From the NCBI GenBank assembly GCA_963666425.2, contig OY762825.2, positions 64,001 to 128,000 of the forward strand: 64,000 bases of DNA. The letters are read 5' to 3'. Made by a program: the position numbers and the translations under genes. The notes beneath the pieces are model-generated. The model did not search any database and was not told the DNA's origin. It worked only from the letters and a program-made list of their open reading frames with translations. The stretch comes from Bacillota bacterium. GTDB taxonomy: Bacteria > Bacillota > JAAYKD01. Shown here piece after piece: positions 38,839-49,573 of the stretch (positions within the stretch are counted from its first letter, which is position 1; each line of letters begins with the position of its first letter).

Positions 38839-39273
38839 ATGACGCGCATGTTAATTCGCAATTGTGCCGGTGGGGTAGTTTTTCATGGTGATACGGTGTT
38901 GCTTCTGAAAAACGACAAAGAAGAATGGGTTTTTCCCAAAGGAGTCATCCGTTCCAATCAATTGGCTCATGAAGTAGCTGTCGCCAGAGTTCAGTATGAA
39001 GCAGGTGTCACATCTAAAATTGTCGAGCCGGCAGGTCAAACCAGTTATGAATTTTACTCCACTTCACGCAGACGTCCGGTCTGTAACCGAATTACCTGGT
39101 ATTTGATGCTGAGCGATTCTGATAAAGCGTTACCGAATAGCGAACAAGGTTTTACCGACGGCGGTTTTTATCCATACGCACAGGCGTTAGAAATGGTCAC
39201 CTACAGCCAGGATCGATCATTGCTTTCTTTTTCGCATAAGCGTTTAGCAGAACAAAAAGAGAGCGCAATCTAG
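38839..39273 (+). CDS. NUDIX-fold protein with degenerate Nudix box
   Basis: CAGGVVF and WVFPKG..RVQYEAGV. Confidence 0.8.
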   Translation: MTRMLIRNCAGGVVFHGDTVLLLKNDKEEWVFPKGVIRSNQLAHEVAVARVQYEAGVTSKIVEPAGQTSYEFYSTSRRRPVCNRITWYLMLSDSDKALPNSEQGFTDGGFYPYAQALEMVTYSQDRSLLSFSHKRLAEQKESAI

Positions 39274-39451
39274 TGAGATCTTTGCACTCGCTTGGACAGC
39301 AGTGCAGCGGTTCTTTTTAAAGCGGCTAATCTTTCGTTTTAGATAAGGCAACTCCAGTCTGTCGGCTGTGGTTGCCTTTTTTTCGTAAAGAGCTTTAAAA
39401 TAGGCAAAAAAAACCGGCGCTGTTTTTAAAGCACCGGTTTCGATTGGGTGA

Positions 39452-40648
39452 TTAGGTGGTATAGAGGTAATGCCCTTCGCCGTTGAAGGTGTAGAGCCCA
39501 TTTTGTTTGCGCCATTCGCCAAAATCGAGGTAAGGCGTTTCGTATTCTTTGAAATCGATAGGGTAACCGCTGAGCGGCGTGTTAAAACTGGTGTAGAAGG
39601 GAAGCATCCGCCCCGATACCGGCACCAAGCCAATGCTTTTTGCCAATTCTTTGGTCAGGCTGACAAAAGAAGTGATGTAGCCACGCTCGCCATAAAGACA
39701 ATCCAGGTAAAGCAAATCCTGCTTATGATCCTGCACAATACGTAAAATCGCGCGGGCAACCAAACTGGTTTCTTCATCTTCTTCCGGATTGATCATTTCC
39801 AACATCGCCATATTGCTGTCCAATAAATTCGCCCAGAGCTTATGGCTCAGTTCGTGCGTATCCAGGCGAATGGGATTCTGACAGCTGCTCCAATGCGGTG
39901 AGCGGGTGCTCATGGTGACAATTGAATAGGGATCCGTCGCGACGCGCATGATATTCAGCGCTTTTCCGCCGCGTTGGTTATATTTGGTCAGGACATTGGG
40001 GTATTCGTAAAAAATCTGAAAGAGAAATTCCTCAATTTTATTAGTTTTGGGCAGCTTCTTTTCAGATTTTGCTTGTAAAGCCTCCAGACGTTCCGTCTGA
40101 AATTCACCGCGATTAAATTCCGCAACAGTCGTTTTGGCAATGAATCGACTGATCTGATGGGAAGCGATGCTGCGGCTTTCCAAAGCAGCCCAATACCACC
40201 ACCAGGGCAGTCGGGAAAGGTTTTTGCTGCTGCTGCGGTATTTTTTGACCGGCTCGGGATCAAGCGCAAAGACAACATTGAGGATACCGCCGATTTTAGG
40301 CGAAGAAATCAATTTTCGCTGTTCCAAAGCCCATTTGGAGCGGAATTCTTTGAAGCGGTTTTCCGATATTTTGCCTTCCATCATTTCCTGCCAGGTTACG
40401 GTATGCAATAATTCCTTTATCCAAGGAGTTTTCTGCAGCTGCGGCGAATTAAGAATACCTTCGGTCCACCAGAAAGGCATCATCGGGGAGGGAATTGCAT
40501 GCACACCACTAATCTGCTGCAGCAAGGGGTGGCGTGGGACAAAATCGGGAAAAGTTTTGGGACAGCAAGACCGCTGTGATTTTAGAAAAAAAGCTTTTGC
40601 CTGCTGTAAACGAAGATCCGGCTCAATCGCTGTGAAATAGTCGGTCAT
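39452..40648 (-). CDS. Hypothetical protein with TMS..WSSC..AR..LD.LY motifs
   Basis: Long ORF; ATG at 40648 follows GAAGGTGA; co-directional with the upstream peptidase. Confidence 0.75.
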   Translation of the reverse strand: MTDYFTAIEPDLRLQQAKAFFLKSQRSCCPKTFPDFVPRHPLLQQISGVHAIPSPMMPFWWTEGILNSPQLQKTPWIKELLHTVTWQEMMEGKISENRFKEFRSKWALEQRKLISSPKIGGILNVVFALDPEPVKKYRSSSKNLSRLPWWWYWAALESRSIASHQISRFIAKTTVAEFNRGEFQTERLEALQAKSEKKLPKTNKIEEFLFQIFYEYPNVLTKYNQRGGKALNIMRVATDPYSIVTMSTRSPHWSSCQNPIRLDTHELSHKLWANLLDSNMAMLEMINPEEDEETSLVARAILRIVQDHKQDLLYLDCLYGERGYITSFVSLTKELAKSIGLVPVSGRMLPFYTSFNTPLSGYPIDFKEYETPYLDFGEWRKQNGLYTFNGEGHYLYTT

Positions 40649-40733
40649 ATGATGTTCACCTTCTTGGTTTTTGAGTGGCAGCTTTACCGGATGGCACAAC
40701 TGATTGTTTCCGGTGCGGTAAAGCTTAATTTCC

Positions 40734-41552
40734 TTATTTTCCCGGATAGGTTTCCAAGATGTCTAGGACCCAGCGAACACAATTATTAAAGGCATACAAA
40801 TCGATTCGTTCCAGCGAAGTATGCGGTTGATAATAACCGACACTGAGGTTGACACAGTCCACTTTAAAACGCTTGGATAAGAAATACGCATCCGAATAAG
40901 AGCCTACCGTTTCTTTTAAGTCTTTGATATCAAGCTTCAGCCCCGAGAGCAGCACATGCTGCGCGAGCTTTTTCGTGCAGAGCGTTTGATTTTCGATGGT
41001 TGTGATAATATCGCCGCTGAATTTGCGATCCAGCACCAAGCCAAAGCTGACATCCCGAAAGAATTCTCTGCGCGCATCCTGGATGCCTTCACCGCCGATT
41101 TCTTCCCGGGTAGACAGAATGATTTTTAAAGTCAGAGGTCCCTGATAAGTTTCCAGGATGGAAAGGATGATTTCAATGCCCGCCCGATCGTCACCGCCCA
41201 AAACAACGGCCCGTATGGCGCCGCTGTAACGGTCTCTTTCCAGTAAGTTGCGATCCAGCAGCAGATATCCGTTTTCTACCAGATAGAAGCGTTCCTGGCT
41301 GGGGAAGAATACGGTATCCTGATGACTGCTGAGTAAAACGGTGGCGGCACCCGCTTCCCCTTGGCGGACGGCATAGAGATTACCGAGTTCATCCCGGCTG
41401 ATTTCCACGCAATATTTCGCCAACAGAGGCTCCAAATAATCCGCTACCGGTTTTTCCATTTTTGGTGGGCCGTATATATCGACCAATTTGATTAGCCGCT
41501 CCAAGTTAAAAGCGGCGTAGTCAAAGGTTTTTTCTTTTTTAATATAATTCAT
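40734..41552 (-). CDS. M20/M28-like zinc peptidase
   Basis: HQDTV, LGGDDRAG, REEIGGEG, LDRK, NLSVGYYQPHT. Confidence 0.85.
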   Translation of the reverse strand: MNYIKKEKTFDYAAFNLERLIKLVDIYGPPKMEKPVADYLEPLLAKYCVEISRDELGNLYAVRQGEAGAATVLLSSHQDTVFFPSQERFYLVENGYLLLDRNLLERDRYSGAIRAVVLGGDDRAGIEIILSILETYQGPLTLKIILSTREEIGGEGIQDARREFFRDVSFGLVLDRKFSGDIITTIENQTLCTKKLAQHVLLSGLKLDIKDLKETVGSYSDAYFLSKRFKVDCVNLSVGYYQPHTSLERIDLYAFNNCVRWVLDILETYPGK

Positions 41553-41691
41553 GATAACACCTTAATCTGTTTTTTCTTTGCTCTATCATACACGATTTAA
41601 CAGGCTAGAGCAAGATTAATCTAAAAATTCACTGGTTTAAAATTAGGAAGAAGCAGGTAGAAGTATCTGCTTTTTGAAAGGAGAGTTCGGT

Positions 41692-43098
41692 ATGACACAC
41701 GAAGAAGCAATACAGCAGCTGCAGGATTGGAGCCTGCAGTTTACCGGCAGGCAGCAACGCCCGCCGATGGTATATTTTTTAACTTTTGGCTGTCAGATGA
41801 ATTTTAATGATGCCGAATTGATTGCAGGGGTGATGAATCAAGTCGGTTTTTCTAAAACGGATCTCGTGGAACAAGCAGATTTGATTGTAATCAATACCTG
41901 CGGGGTGCGCGAGAGTGCCGAGAACCGGGTGTTTGGTCAATTAGGCCGTTTGAAGGTATTGAAGGAAAGCAATCCGAAACTCTTGATTGCCATCGGCGGC
42001 TGCATGGTACAGCAGCCGCAAGTGGCGGAAAAGATCAAAAAGAGTTATCGACAGGTAGATTTGGTCTTTGGTACGCATACGATTGATCAATTTGCCGAAT
42101 TGCTCTGCCAAACCATGCAGCAGCGCCGGATGGTCTGCGACATCAGAGAAGACAATTTGCTGCCTGCTGAAGGATTGCCGCGCCTGCGCAGCCAGAATCT
42201 GATTTGCTCGGTTAGTATTACTTATGGCTGCAATAATTTCTGCAGCTATTGCATCGTACCCTACGTCAGAGGCAGGGAGCGCAGCCGCGAGCCGCAGCAT
42301 ATTATTGCGGAAATCCAGCAGTTGGTCACTGCGGGCTGTAAAGAGGTGATGCTGTTGGGGCAGAATGTCAATTCCTATGGCAAGGGTTTGCAGCCGGCAG
42401 TTGATTTTGCCGATCTTTTGGCACAGGTCGATCAGATTGCAGGTCTGGAGCGGATTCGTTTCATGACATCACATCCCCGCGATGTCAGCCTGAAGCTCCT
42501 GCAGACGATTGCCGCCGCTCGGCATGTCTGTCATCAGCTGCATTTGCCGATGCAGTCCGGCAGCAGCCGCATATTGCAGGCCATGAACCGCGGTTACAGC
42601 AAAGAGCATTATCTGGATTTGGTACAGCAAATCAGAGAGACGATTCCGGATGTTGTTTTTTCCACCGATATTATTGTCGGTTTCCCCGGTGAGACGGACG
42701 AGGATTTTGCAGATACGCTGGATGTTGTACGGCAAGTCCGCTTTGACAGCGCGTACACTTTTATTTATTCCCGGCGCAGCGGAACCCCTGCCGCTGAGCT
42801 GCCGGAACAAATTCCATATGCTGAAAAACAGAAACGCATCGAAGGCCTGATGAATTTGCAGGCGGATATTTCCAAAGAGATCAACCAAGAGCAATTGGGC
42901 AAAATTGTGACGGTTTTAGTGGAAGGTCCCAGCAAGCAGGATGCCAAGATGTTTACCGGCAGAACAGCCGGCAATAAATTAGTCCATTTTGCGGCAAGAC
43001 AAGAGCAGATCGGTCAATTGCTGCCGGTGAAAATTGAAGCAGCCAGCAGCTTTCATTTAAGCGGCAGCCTGGCAGGAGAAGCAGAAGCAGAAGAATAG
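41692..43098 (+). CDS. miaB: tRNA-2-methylthio-N6-dimethylallyladenosine synthase
   Basis: TFGCQMN, CNNFCSYC, TSHP, TRAM domain. Confidence 0.95.
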   Translation: MTHEEAIQQLQDWSLQFTGRQQRPPMVYFLTFGCQMNFNDAELIAGVMNQVGFSKTDLVEQADLIVINTCGVRESAENRVFGQLGRLKVLKESNPKLLIAIGGCMVQQPQVAEKIKKSYRQVDLVFGTHTIDQFAELLCQTMQQRRMVCDIREDNLLPAEGLPRLRSQNLICSVSITYGCNNFCSYCIVPYVRGRERSREPQHIIAEIQQLVTAGCKEVMLLGQNVNSYGKGLQPAVDFADLLAQVDQIAGLERIRFMTSHPRDVSLKLLQTIAAARHVCHQLHLPMQSGSSRILQAMNRGYSKEHYLDLVQQIRETIPDVVFSTDIIVGFPGETDEDFADTLDVVRQVRFDSAYTFIYSRRSGTPAAELPEQIPYAEKQKRIEGLMNLQADISKEINQEQLGKIVTVLVEGPSKQDAKMFTGRTAGNKLVHFAARQEQIGQLLPVKIEAASSFHLSGSLAGEAEAEE

Positions 43099-43119
43099 AG
43101 TATAAAGGAAAGGATCGCC

Positions 43120-45726
43120 ATGGCTACTGATTATACTCCCATGATCCAGCAGTATTTGCAGGCAAAAGCGGAAAATCCGGGTGCGGTTTTGTTTTTTCGA
43201 TTGGGTGATTTTTATGAAATGTTCTTTGAAGATGCGATTACGATGTCCAAAGAACTGGAGATTACCCTGACCGGCCGCGACGGCGGTGCCGAAGAACGCA
43301 TTCCCATGTGCGGGGTACCGTATCACGCCGCGGAGACTTATATCAGCAAATTGGTTGCCAAAGGTTATCGCGTTGCGATCTGCGAGCAGGTCGAGGACCC
43401 CAAATTGGCCAAAGGCATTGTCAAACGGGAAATCGTTCGTATCGTTACACCTGGCACCGTTGATTATCACAGTGTTTTAGAGGATAAGCGCAATAATTAT
43501 CTCGTCTGCCTCGCTGCGGAGGAAAATTGCTTCGCGCTGGCCGTAACCGACGTAACGACCGGTTATTTCGCCTGTACAGGGTTTTCCGGCCCGGATGCGA
43601 TGATGCAGCTGCGCAATGAGTTGACTCGTTTGATGCCAAGTGAAGCCATCTGGACCGGCAACCGGGATCAAGATGAAGTCAGCGCGCTTTGCCGTCCGCT
43701 AAATATTCTCCTGACCACATTAACGGCGGAGGAACTGCACAAGACAGGTTCCGATGCCGCTCTGCTGCAGCAAATTCAGAGCATCCTGCCGGCTGGTCCG
43801 GAAAGGGAGCTGGAAACAAAGGTTTGCCTTGCCCTCTATTGGTATGTGCGTGCCACGGCCAAAATCGAACGGAAAGATCTGGGTAAATTGGAGTATTATC
43901 AGCTGAGCTGGCAGATGATCCTCGATCAATCCACCCGACGCAGTCTGGAACTGATTCAAACCATGCGTGAAAATCAAACGCAGGGCTCTTTGCTCTGGGT
44001 ATTGGATAAAACCCGCACCGCAACCGGCGGTCGGATGCTGCATCAATGGGTTTTGCAGCCGCTGACCAATGTGGCGCAAATTGAAAATCGCCTGGCCGGT
44101 GTGCAGGAATTGGTGGAGAACAGCGAAATGCGCTTCCGTTTAGGCGAAGCACTGGCCAATGTTTACGATCTGGAACGGCTGATGGGCAGAATTGCTTTTG
44201 GTTCGGCCAATGGGCGCGACTTATTGGCTTTGCAGCAATCACTGTCCGTGCTGCCGCAAATACAGCAGATTTTAAGCGGAGCCGTTTCTTCCATTTTACA
44301 AACCAATCATCACCGTCTGCCCGATTTATCTGCCGTTACTCTCAGGATTGCCACTGCAATCGTTGACGAACCGCCGATTTCCCTGCGCGAAGGCGGCATC
44401 ATTCGGCAGGGTTATCATGCCGAGGTGGATCGCTACAGCACGGCAGCCCGGGAGGGTAAGAATTGGTTGGTAGATTTAGAAAAGCAAGAACGGGAAAAAA
44501 CCGGTATCCGCACCCTGAAAGTGGGTTATAATCGGATATTTGGTTACTATTTGGAAGTGACTAAGGCGCAGTTGGGCAATGTGCCTGACGCTTATATCCG
44601 CAAGCAAACCTTGGCAAATTGTGAGCGTTATATTACCGAAGATTTGAAGAAACTGGAAGAGACGATTCTGGGCGCGCAGGAAAAACTGGTCGAATTGGAA
44701 TATGAGCTTTTTGTAGAGCTTCGCGACTGGATCGGAAGCTTTACGGAAGAAATCAGAAAAGCCGCTCAGGTGGTGGCGACGCTCGATTGTCTCGCTTCTC
44801 TGGCGGAAGTAGCGGTGAAATACCGTTACAACAAGCCGGTGATCAATCAGAGCGGCTGTCTGCGCATTCGCGAAGGCCGTCATCCGGTGGTGGAACGCAC
44901 GCTAAAGGACAGACCCTATATTCCCAATGATTTATTCCTGGATAAAGAAACGCAGCGAGTCATGATCATCACCGGCCCTAATATGGCTGGAAAGAGCACC
45001 TATCTGCGGATGAATGCGCTGATTGTGCTGATGGCGCAGATGGGTTCCTATGTTCCGGCTGCCGCTGCGGAAATTGGCATCGTTGACCGTATTTTCACCC
45101 GGGTTGGTTCCGGAGATGATCTGGCCGGCGGGCAATCCACTTTCATGGTGGAAATGACAGAACTGAGCCAGATTTTGGCATCCGCTACAGCCAATAGTTT
45201 GCTGGTACTCGATGAAATCGGCCGCGGGACGAGCACCTTTGACGGGATGAGCATTGCACGTGCAGCCCTGGAGTACATTCAGAACCCCAACCAATTGGGA
45301 GCCAGAACCTTATTTGCTACGCATTATCATGAATTGACCGATCTGGAACAACTCTACAGCGGAGTGAAAAATTTTTCGGTGGCGGTCAAGGGCAAAGGAG
45401 AGGACATTGTTTTCCTGCATCGCATCGTCTCGGGAGCTGTGGATAAGAGCTATGGCATTGAAGTCGCCAGATTAGCCGGTTTGCCGAAAAATGTGGTAAA
45501 GCGCGCCAGGGAAATCCTGAAGCAAATGGAATCGAGCGATGAATTGCGCTTAAAGCAGGAAACCAGTCAGAAGCCGACAGCGAATGCCGACGCGCTACAG
45601 CTGCCCTTGCTGAGCGCAGAGGAACACCCGGTTTTGGAGCGCTTGCGCCGAGCCGATGTGATGTCGATGACCCCGATTGAAGCGATTAATTTAATCAATG
45701 AATGGCAAAAAGAACTGAAAAAGTAA
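43120..45726 (+). CDS. mutS: DNA mismatch repair protein MutS
   Basis: FFRLGDFYEMF, TGPNMAGKST, STFMVEM, DEIGRGT. Confidence 0.97.
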   Translation: MATDYTPMIQQYLQAKAENPGAVLFFRLGDFYEMFFEDAITMSKELEITLTGRDGGAEERIPMCGVPYHAAETYISKLVAKGYRVAICEQVEDPKLAKGIVKREIVRIVTPGTVDYHSVLEDKRNNYLVCLAAEENCFALAVTDVTTGYFACTGFSGPDAMMQLRNELTRLMPSEAIWTGNRDQDEVSALCRPLNILLTTLTAEELHKTGSDAALLQQIQSILPAGPERELETKVCLALYWYVRATAKIERKDLGKLEYYQLSWQMILDQSTRRSLELIQTMRENQTQGSLLWVLDKTRTATGGRMLHQWVLQPLTNVAQIENRLAGVQELVENSEMRFRLGEALANVYDLERLMGRIAFGSANGRDLLALQQSLSVLPQIQQILSGAVSSILQTNHHRLPDLSAVTLRIATAIVDEPPISLREGGIIRQGYHAEVDRYSTAAREGKNWLVDLEKQEREKTGIRTLKVGYNRIFGYYLEVTKAQLGNVPDAYIRKQTLANCERYITEDLKKLEETILGAQEKLVELEYELFVELRDWIGSFTEEIRKAAQVVATLDCLASLAEVAVKYRYNKPVINQSGCLRIREGRHPVVERTLKDRPYIPNDLFLDKETQRVMIITGPNMAGKSTYLRMNALIVLMAQMGSYVPAAAAEIGIVDRIFTRVGSGDDLAGGQSTFMVEMTELSQILASATANSLLVLDEIGRGTSTFDGMSIARAALEYIQNPNQLGARTLFATHYHELTDLEQLYSGVKNFSVAVKGKGEDIVFLHRIVSGAVDKSYGIEVARLAGLPKNVVKRAREILKQMESSDELRLKQETSQKPTANADALQLPLLSAEEHPVLERLRRADVMSMTPIEAINLINEWQKELKK

Positions 45727-45761
45727 ACTGCTGACCGGCGCAGTAAAGTGAGAGGTAGGAG

Positions 45762-47615
45762 GTGTCAGCCATGATTCGGATTCTTAGCGCGGATTTAACC
45801 AATAAAATCGCTGCCGGTGAAGTCGTGGAACGGCCTGCTTCGGTGGTCAAGGAGCTATTGGAAAATGCCATTGATGCCGGTGCCAGCCAAATCTCGATCG
45901 ATATTTTCGGTGGTGGTCTGACCAGAATCAGCCTGACGGATAACGGCAGCGGCATGAATCGAGCGGATGCTGTTTTGGCTTTGGAACGGCATGCTACCAG
46001 TAAATTACAGGAAGAAAGCGACCTTTTTGCAATACGGACCTTGGGTTTTCGCGGTGAAGCCTTACCCAGCATTGCCTCGGTTTCACACTTTTGCCTGCTG
46101 ACCCGTCAGCAGGATGACTTAGCAGGAACCAAGGTGCAGGTGCAGCAGGGAGAAATCACGGCAGAAGACGCGGCTGCCCCCAAAGGCACCCAAGTCATCG
46201 TCGAGGATTTGTTTTATAATACACCCGCCCGGCTCAAATTTATGAAGAGTGTCGCGGCCGAAGGCAGTCATATCCTCAACGTGGCACTCAGCCTGGCACT
46301 TTCGCGTCCCGATGTGGCCATCGAATGCACCAGAGATGATCGCCTGGTCTTGTCCACACCCGGCAACGGCAAATTGGAAGATGTAATTCGAGCCGTTTAC
46401 GGTCATGATGTGATGCAGCAATTGCTGCCGCTCTCCTATACGGAAGGAGAATACCGAATCTTCGGTTATATCGGCAAACCTACGTTCAGCCGTTCCAACC
46501 GCCGCGACGAGCATTTCGTTATCAACGGTCGCTATGCACAGGCCAAAAATATTCAGCACGCCGTGGAGGAAGCCTACCGTCAAATCATGGCGCCGCGCAA
46601 ATACCCCTTTTTTGTCTTATCCATTGAATTGCCTTTGGATCAGGTGGATGTCAATGTCCATCCGGCCAAGACCGAAGTGCGCTTCCGTGAGGAAGGAAAA
46701 TTGTATCAACTCTGTATGCGGGGTGTGCGCTCTGCTCTGAATCCGCATCTTATGGGCAATGAACCGGAACAGACTGCCTACCCTCCTCAGCAAACACAAG
46801 GTTGGCTGGCAGCTGAAACTATAACCAGACCAGCGGCACAACAGAAGTCCTTACTGTCTTCGTTTCCGGCCGCTGTCAGAACAGCAGATCAGCGCGCTGC
46901 GGCGGCACCACCAGCAAGACTTTATTCTCCGCCAGATTTGGCTGCTGCCAACCGCAGCGAGGAAGCAAGCCAAGTTTTTCCACCGACCCTGCCTCCGCTT
47001 TCCACGCTGGATTTGAGTAAAACCTCGATTTTTCCACCGATGCGGGTGCTCAGCCAGTTGGCCGGCACCTATCTCTTAGCGCAGTCTATCGATGCCTTTT
47101 ATCTGTTTGATCAGCATGCCGCGCATGAACGGATTCTATTCAGCATGCTGAAAGCCCAAATGGAAGAAGGTCAAATCAGCAGCCAAACCATGCTGATGCC
47201 TTATACCATAGAATTGCCGCTGATGGAATTTGATCGCATCATGCAGCGTCTGGCGGAATTGCGGACACTCGGCTTCCTGCTTGAGGACTTTGGCAATCAA
47301 ACACTGCTGGTCCGCGAAATGCCGCAGCTTTTAACCGGTGATGGTGCCAGAGAAGGCTTGGTTGAGATTTTTAACGAGCTGACAGCCACGGAACGTCCGC
47401 TTTCGGCTGCTGATTTAACCATGAAGACGCTGATCACGATGTCCTGCAAAGGTGCGATCAAAGCCAATCAATGGCTGCCGCAAAGCCGGATGAATGAATT
47501 AATCGAACAGTTGGGCCGCACGGCAGATGCAGCCACATGTCCGCATGGCCGGCCGACTTTTTATTGTTTGTCATTAACGGAATTGGACAAGATTTTTAAG
47601 AGAGTGACGCCTTGA
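45762..47615 (+). CDS. mutL: DNA mismatch repair endonuclease MutL
   Basis: IAAGEVVERP, GFRGEAL, DQHAAHER, CPHGRP. Confidence 0.97.
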   Translation: MSAMIRILSADLTNKIAAGEVVERPASVVKELLENAIDAGASQISIDIFGGGLTRISLTDNGSGMNRADAVLALERHATSKLQEESDLFAIRTLGFRGEALPSIASVSHFCLLTRQQDDLAGTKVQVQQGEITAEDAAAPKGTQVIVEDLFYNTPARLKFMKSVAAEGSHILNVALSLALSRPDVAIECTRDDRLVLSTPGNGKLEDVIRAVYGHDVMQQLLPLSYTEGEYRIFGYIGKPTFSRSNRRDEHFVINGRYAQAKNIQHAVEEAYRQIMAPRKYPFFVLSIELPLDQVDVNVHPAKTEVRFREEGKLYQLCMRGVRSALNPHLMGNEPEQTAYPPQQTQGWLAAETITRPAAQQKSLLSSFPAAVRTADQRAAAAPPARLYSPPDLAAANRSEEASQVFPPTLPPLSTLDLSKTSIFPPMRVLSQLAGTYLLAQSIDAFYLFDQHAAHERILFSMLKAQMEEGQISSQTMLMPYTIELPLMEFDRIMQRLAELRTLGFLLEDFGNQTLLVREMPQLLTGDGAREGLVEIFNELTATERPLSAADLTMKTLITMSCKGAIKANQWLPQSRMNELIEQLGRTADAATCPHGRPTFYCLSLTELDKIFKRVTP

Positions 47616-47640
47616 GCGGCGTATGAAGTGAGCTGAACAG

Positions 47641-48600
47641 ATGAAAGAAAAATTGACGTGCGTCATCGTAATTGTTGGGCCGACCGGGGTAGGGAAAACA
47701 GCGGTTTCGCTGCGCCTGGCCGAACATTTCAATGCCGAAATCGTTTCGGCGGATTCGATGCAGATTTATCGTGGGATGGATATCGGGACAGCCAAAGCAA
47801 GCGCGGCGGAAAGAACCCGGATTCCGCACCACTGTATCGATTTTTTACCGATTACCGAGCGCTATTCTGCCGCGCAGTATCAGCAGGATGCGCGGGCTGC
47901 GATTGCCCAAATTCAGCAAAAAGGGAAACTGCCAATCCTGGTCGGCGGTACCGGTCTTTATCTGCGGGCTGCTTTGGAACCGTATGATTTCAGCGAAGCA
48001 AAGCTTGATTTACCGCTGCGCAGCGCCTTACAGCAGCGGGCTGCACAAGAGGGCAGCCTCAGTTTGCTGAACGAATTAGCGCAAGTCGATCCCCAAACGG
48101 CTGCCCGTCTGCATGTCAATGATACAAAGCGCATTATCCGTGCTTTGGAAGTCTATCAGACCACCGGCAAGCCGATTTCTCAGGCAGAACAGGCAACAAA
48201 AAATGCTGCACCGCTCTACCAAGTGGTTTATCTGGGCCTGACGCGGCCCAGAGAGGAGCTTTATACCCGAATAGAACAAAGGATCGACACCATGTTCGAG
48301 CAGGGCTTAACGGAAGAAGTCAGGCAGCTGATCGAGCAGGGTTTGACAGAACAATTGCCTGCCGGACAAGCGTTAGGTTATAAAGAATTTTTTCCGTATT
48401 TCCGGGGTGAAAGCAGCCTGGCTGAAGTGGCCGCTCTCTTGAAACAAAACACGCGGCGTTATGCCAAACGGCAGCTGACTTGGTTCAGAGCGAATCCCGA
48501 GATTCACTGGTTCAATCTCAGCGCGTATCGGACGGAAGAAATTCTCTTAGCTGAATTGCAAACGCTTGTGCAGCAGACACTTTTTATGTTAAACTGTTGA
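47641..48600 (+). CDS. miaA: tRNA dimethylallyltransferase
   Basis: GPTGVGKT, DSMQIY, GGTGLY, YAKRQLTWF. Confidence 0.96.
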   Translation: MKEKLTCVIVIVGPTGVGKTAVSLRLAEHFNAEIVSADSMQIYRGMDIGTAKASAAERTRIPHHCIDFLPITERYSAAQYQQDARAAIAQIQQKGKLPILVGGTGLYLRAALEPYDFSEAKLDLPLRSALQQRAAQEGSLSLLNELAQVDPQTAARLHVNDTKRIIRALEVYQTTGKPISQAEQATKNAAPLYQVVYLGLTRPREELYTRIEQRIDTMFEQGLTEEVRQLIEQGLTEQLPAGQALGYKEFFPYFRGESSLAEVAALLKQNTRRYAKRQLTWFRANPEIHWFNLSAYRTEEILLAELQTLVQQTLFMLNC

Positions 48601-48624
48601 AAAGGATGGGGAGGGTTTTCTGGG

Positions 48625-48879
48625 ATGAATAAGACATTGAATTTACAGGATGCTTTTTTAAATGTGGTGCGTAAAGAGAATATTATGGTGGCCGTTTATT
48701 TAGTCAACGGTTTTCAGCTGCGCGGACTGGTACGCGGATTTGACAGTTTTTGTGTTGTCATTGAATCGGAAGGCAGGCAGCAATTGGTGTATAAGCATGC
48801 CATCTCAACCATCTCACCTTTTCAACCGGTTCAGTTTTATCATACACCGGAAAAAGAAACGGAAGAGAGCCAGAGATAG
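48625..48879 (+). CDS. hfq: RNA chaperone Hfq
   Basis: [28 protein letters not shown]. Confidence 0.96.
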   Translation: MNKTLNLQDAFLNVVRKENIMVAVYLVNGFQLRGLVRGFDSFCVVIESEGRQQLVYKHAISTISPFQPVQFYHTPEKETEESQR

Positions 48880-48961
48880 AACATTAAAAAAAGCTGTTTC
48901 AGCGGCGGTCCTGCAAACCGTCACGGAAACAGCTTTTTTGGCATAACTGCCAGGAGAAAAA

Positions 48962-49486
48962 TTAGAAATTCCTCATCACCTTTTTTAAGGCCAGTGCAAC
49001 AGGATACGCGATGATACCGCCGGTCACAACTTGAATGATGTTGCCCGGAATGCTGGTCAGAGGTGCAATCAGATTGCCATACAAGAACCATTCTGCTAAA
49101 TAATAACCAAAGACTTTGATCAGCAAGGCGACGACCACCGCGAAAATGTAATCCTGTGGTCTCTGCTTTTTTTCCAGAATTAGTCCGCTGACATAACCCA
49201 TCAAACCAACGATAACGAGCGTAAAAGGTGCCCAACTGGTCCAGCTCGACAGCACATCAAACAAAGCCATGCCGATGCCACCGGCCAAAGCCGCTTTATT
49301 TTTACCTAAACAGACGGCTGCCACAAACAGCGGCACATTGCCTAAATGGATCAGTCCCCCATTGGCAGCAATGGGTAAACGAATATTGATAAACATGGTA
49401 AAGACCAGGACCAGACTAATAAAGAGAGCCGTAATAACCATATCACGGATCGTATATTTTGGCTGCTTTTTTGCTTGATTGATCAT
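48962..49486 (-). CDS. ECF transporter S component
   Basis: GGLIHLGN, GMALFD and WAPFT motifs; hydrophobic. Confidence 0.85.
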   Translation of the reverse strand: MINQAKKQPKYTIRDMVITALFISLVLVFTMFINIRLPIAANGGLIHLGNVPLFVAAVCLGKNKAALAGGIGMALFDVLSSWTSWAPFTLVIVGLMGYVSGLILEKKQRPQDYIFAVVVALLIKVFGYYLAEWFLYGNLIAPLTSIPGNIIQVVTGGIIAYPVALALKKVMRNF

Positions 49487-49573
49487 GCAGTATCTCCGCC
49501 TTTCCTTCAATTGTTTAAATTTTAACACAGCATTGAGCAGGATAACATAAGTTGTTTCAAGAGTTTTTAAAGC

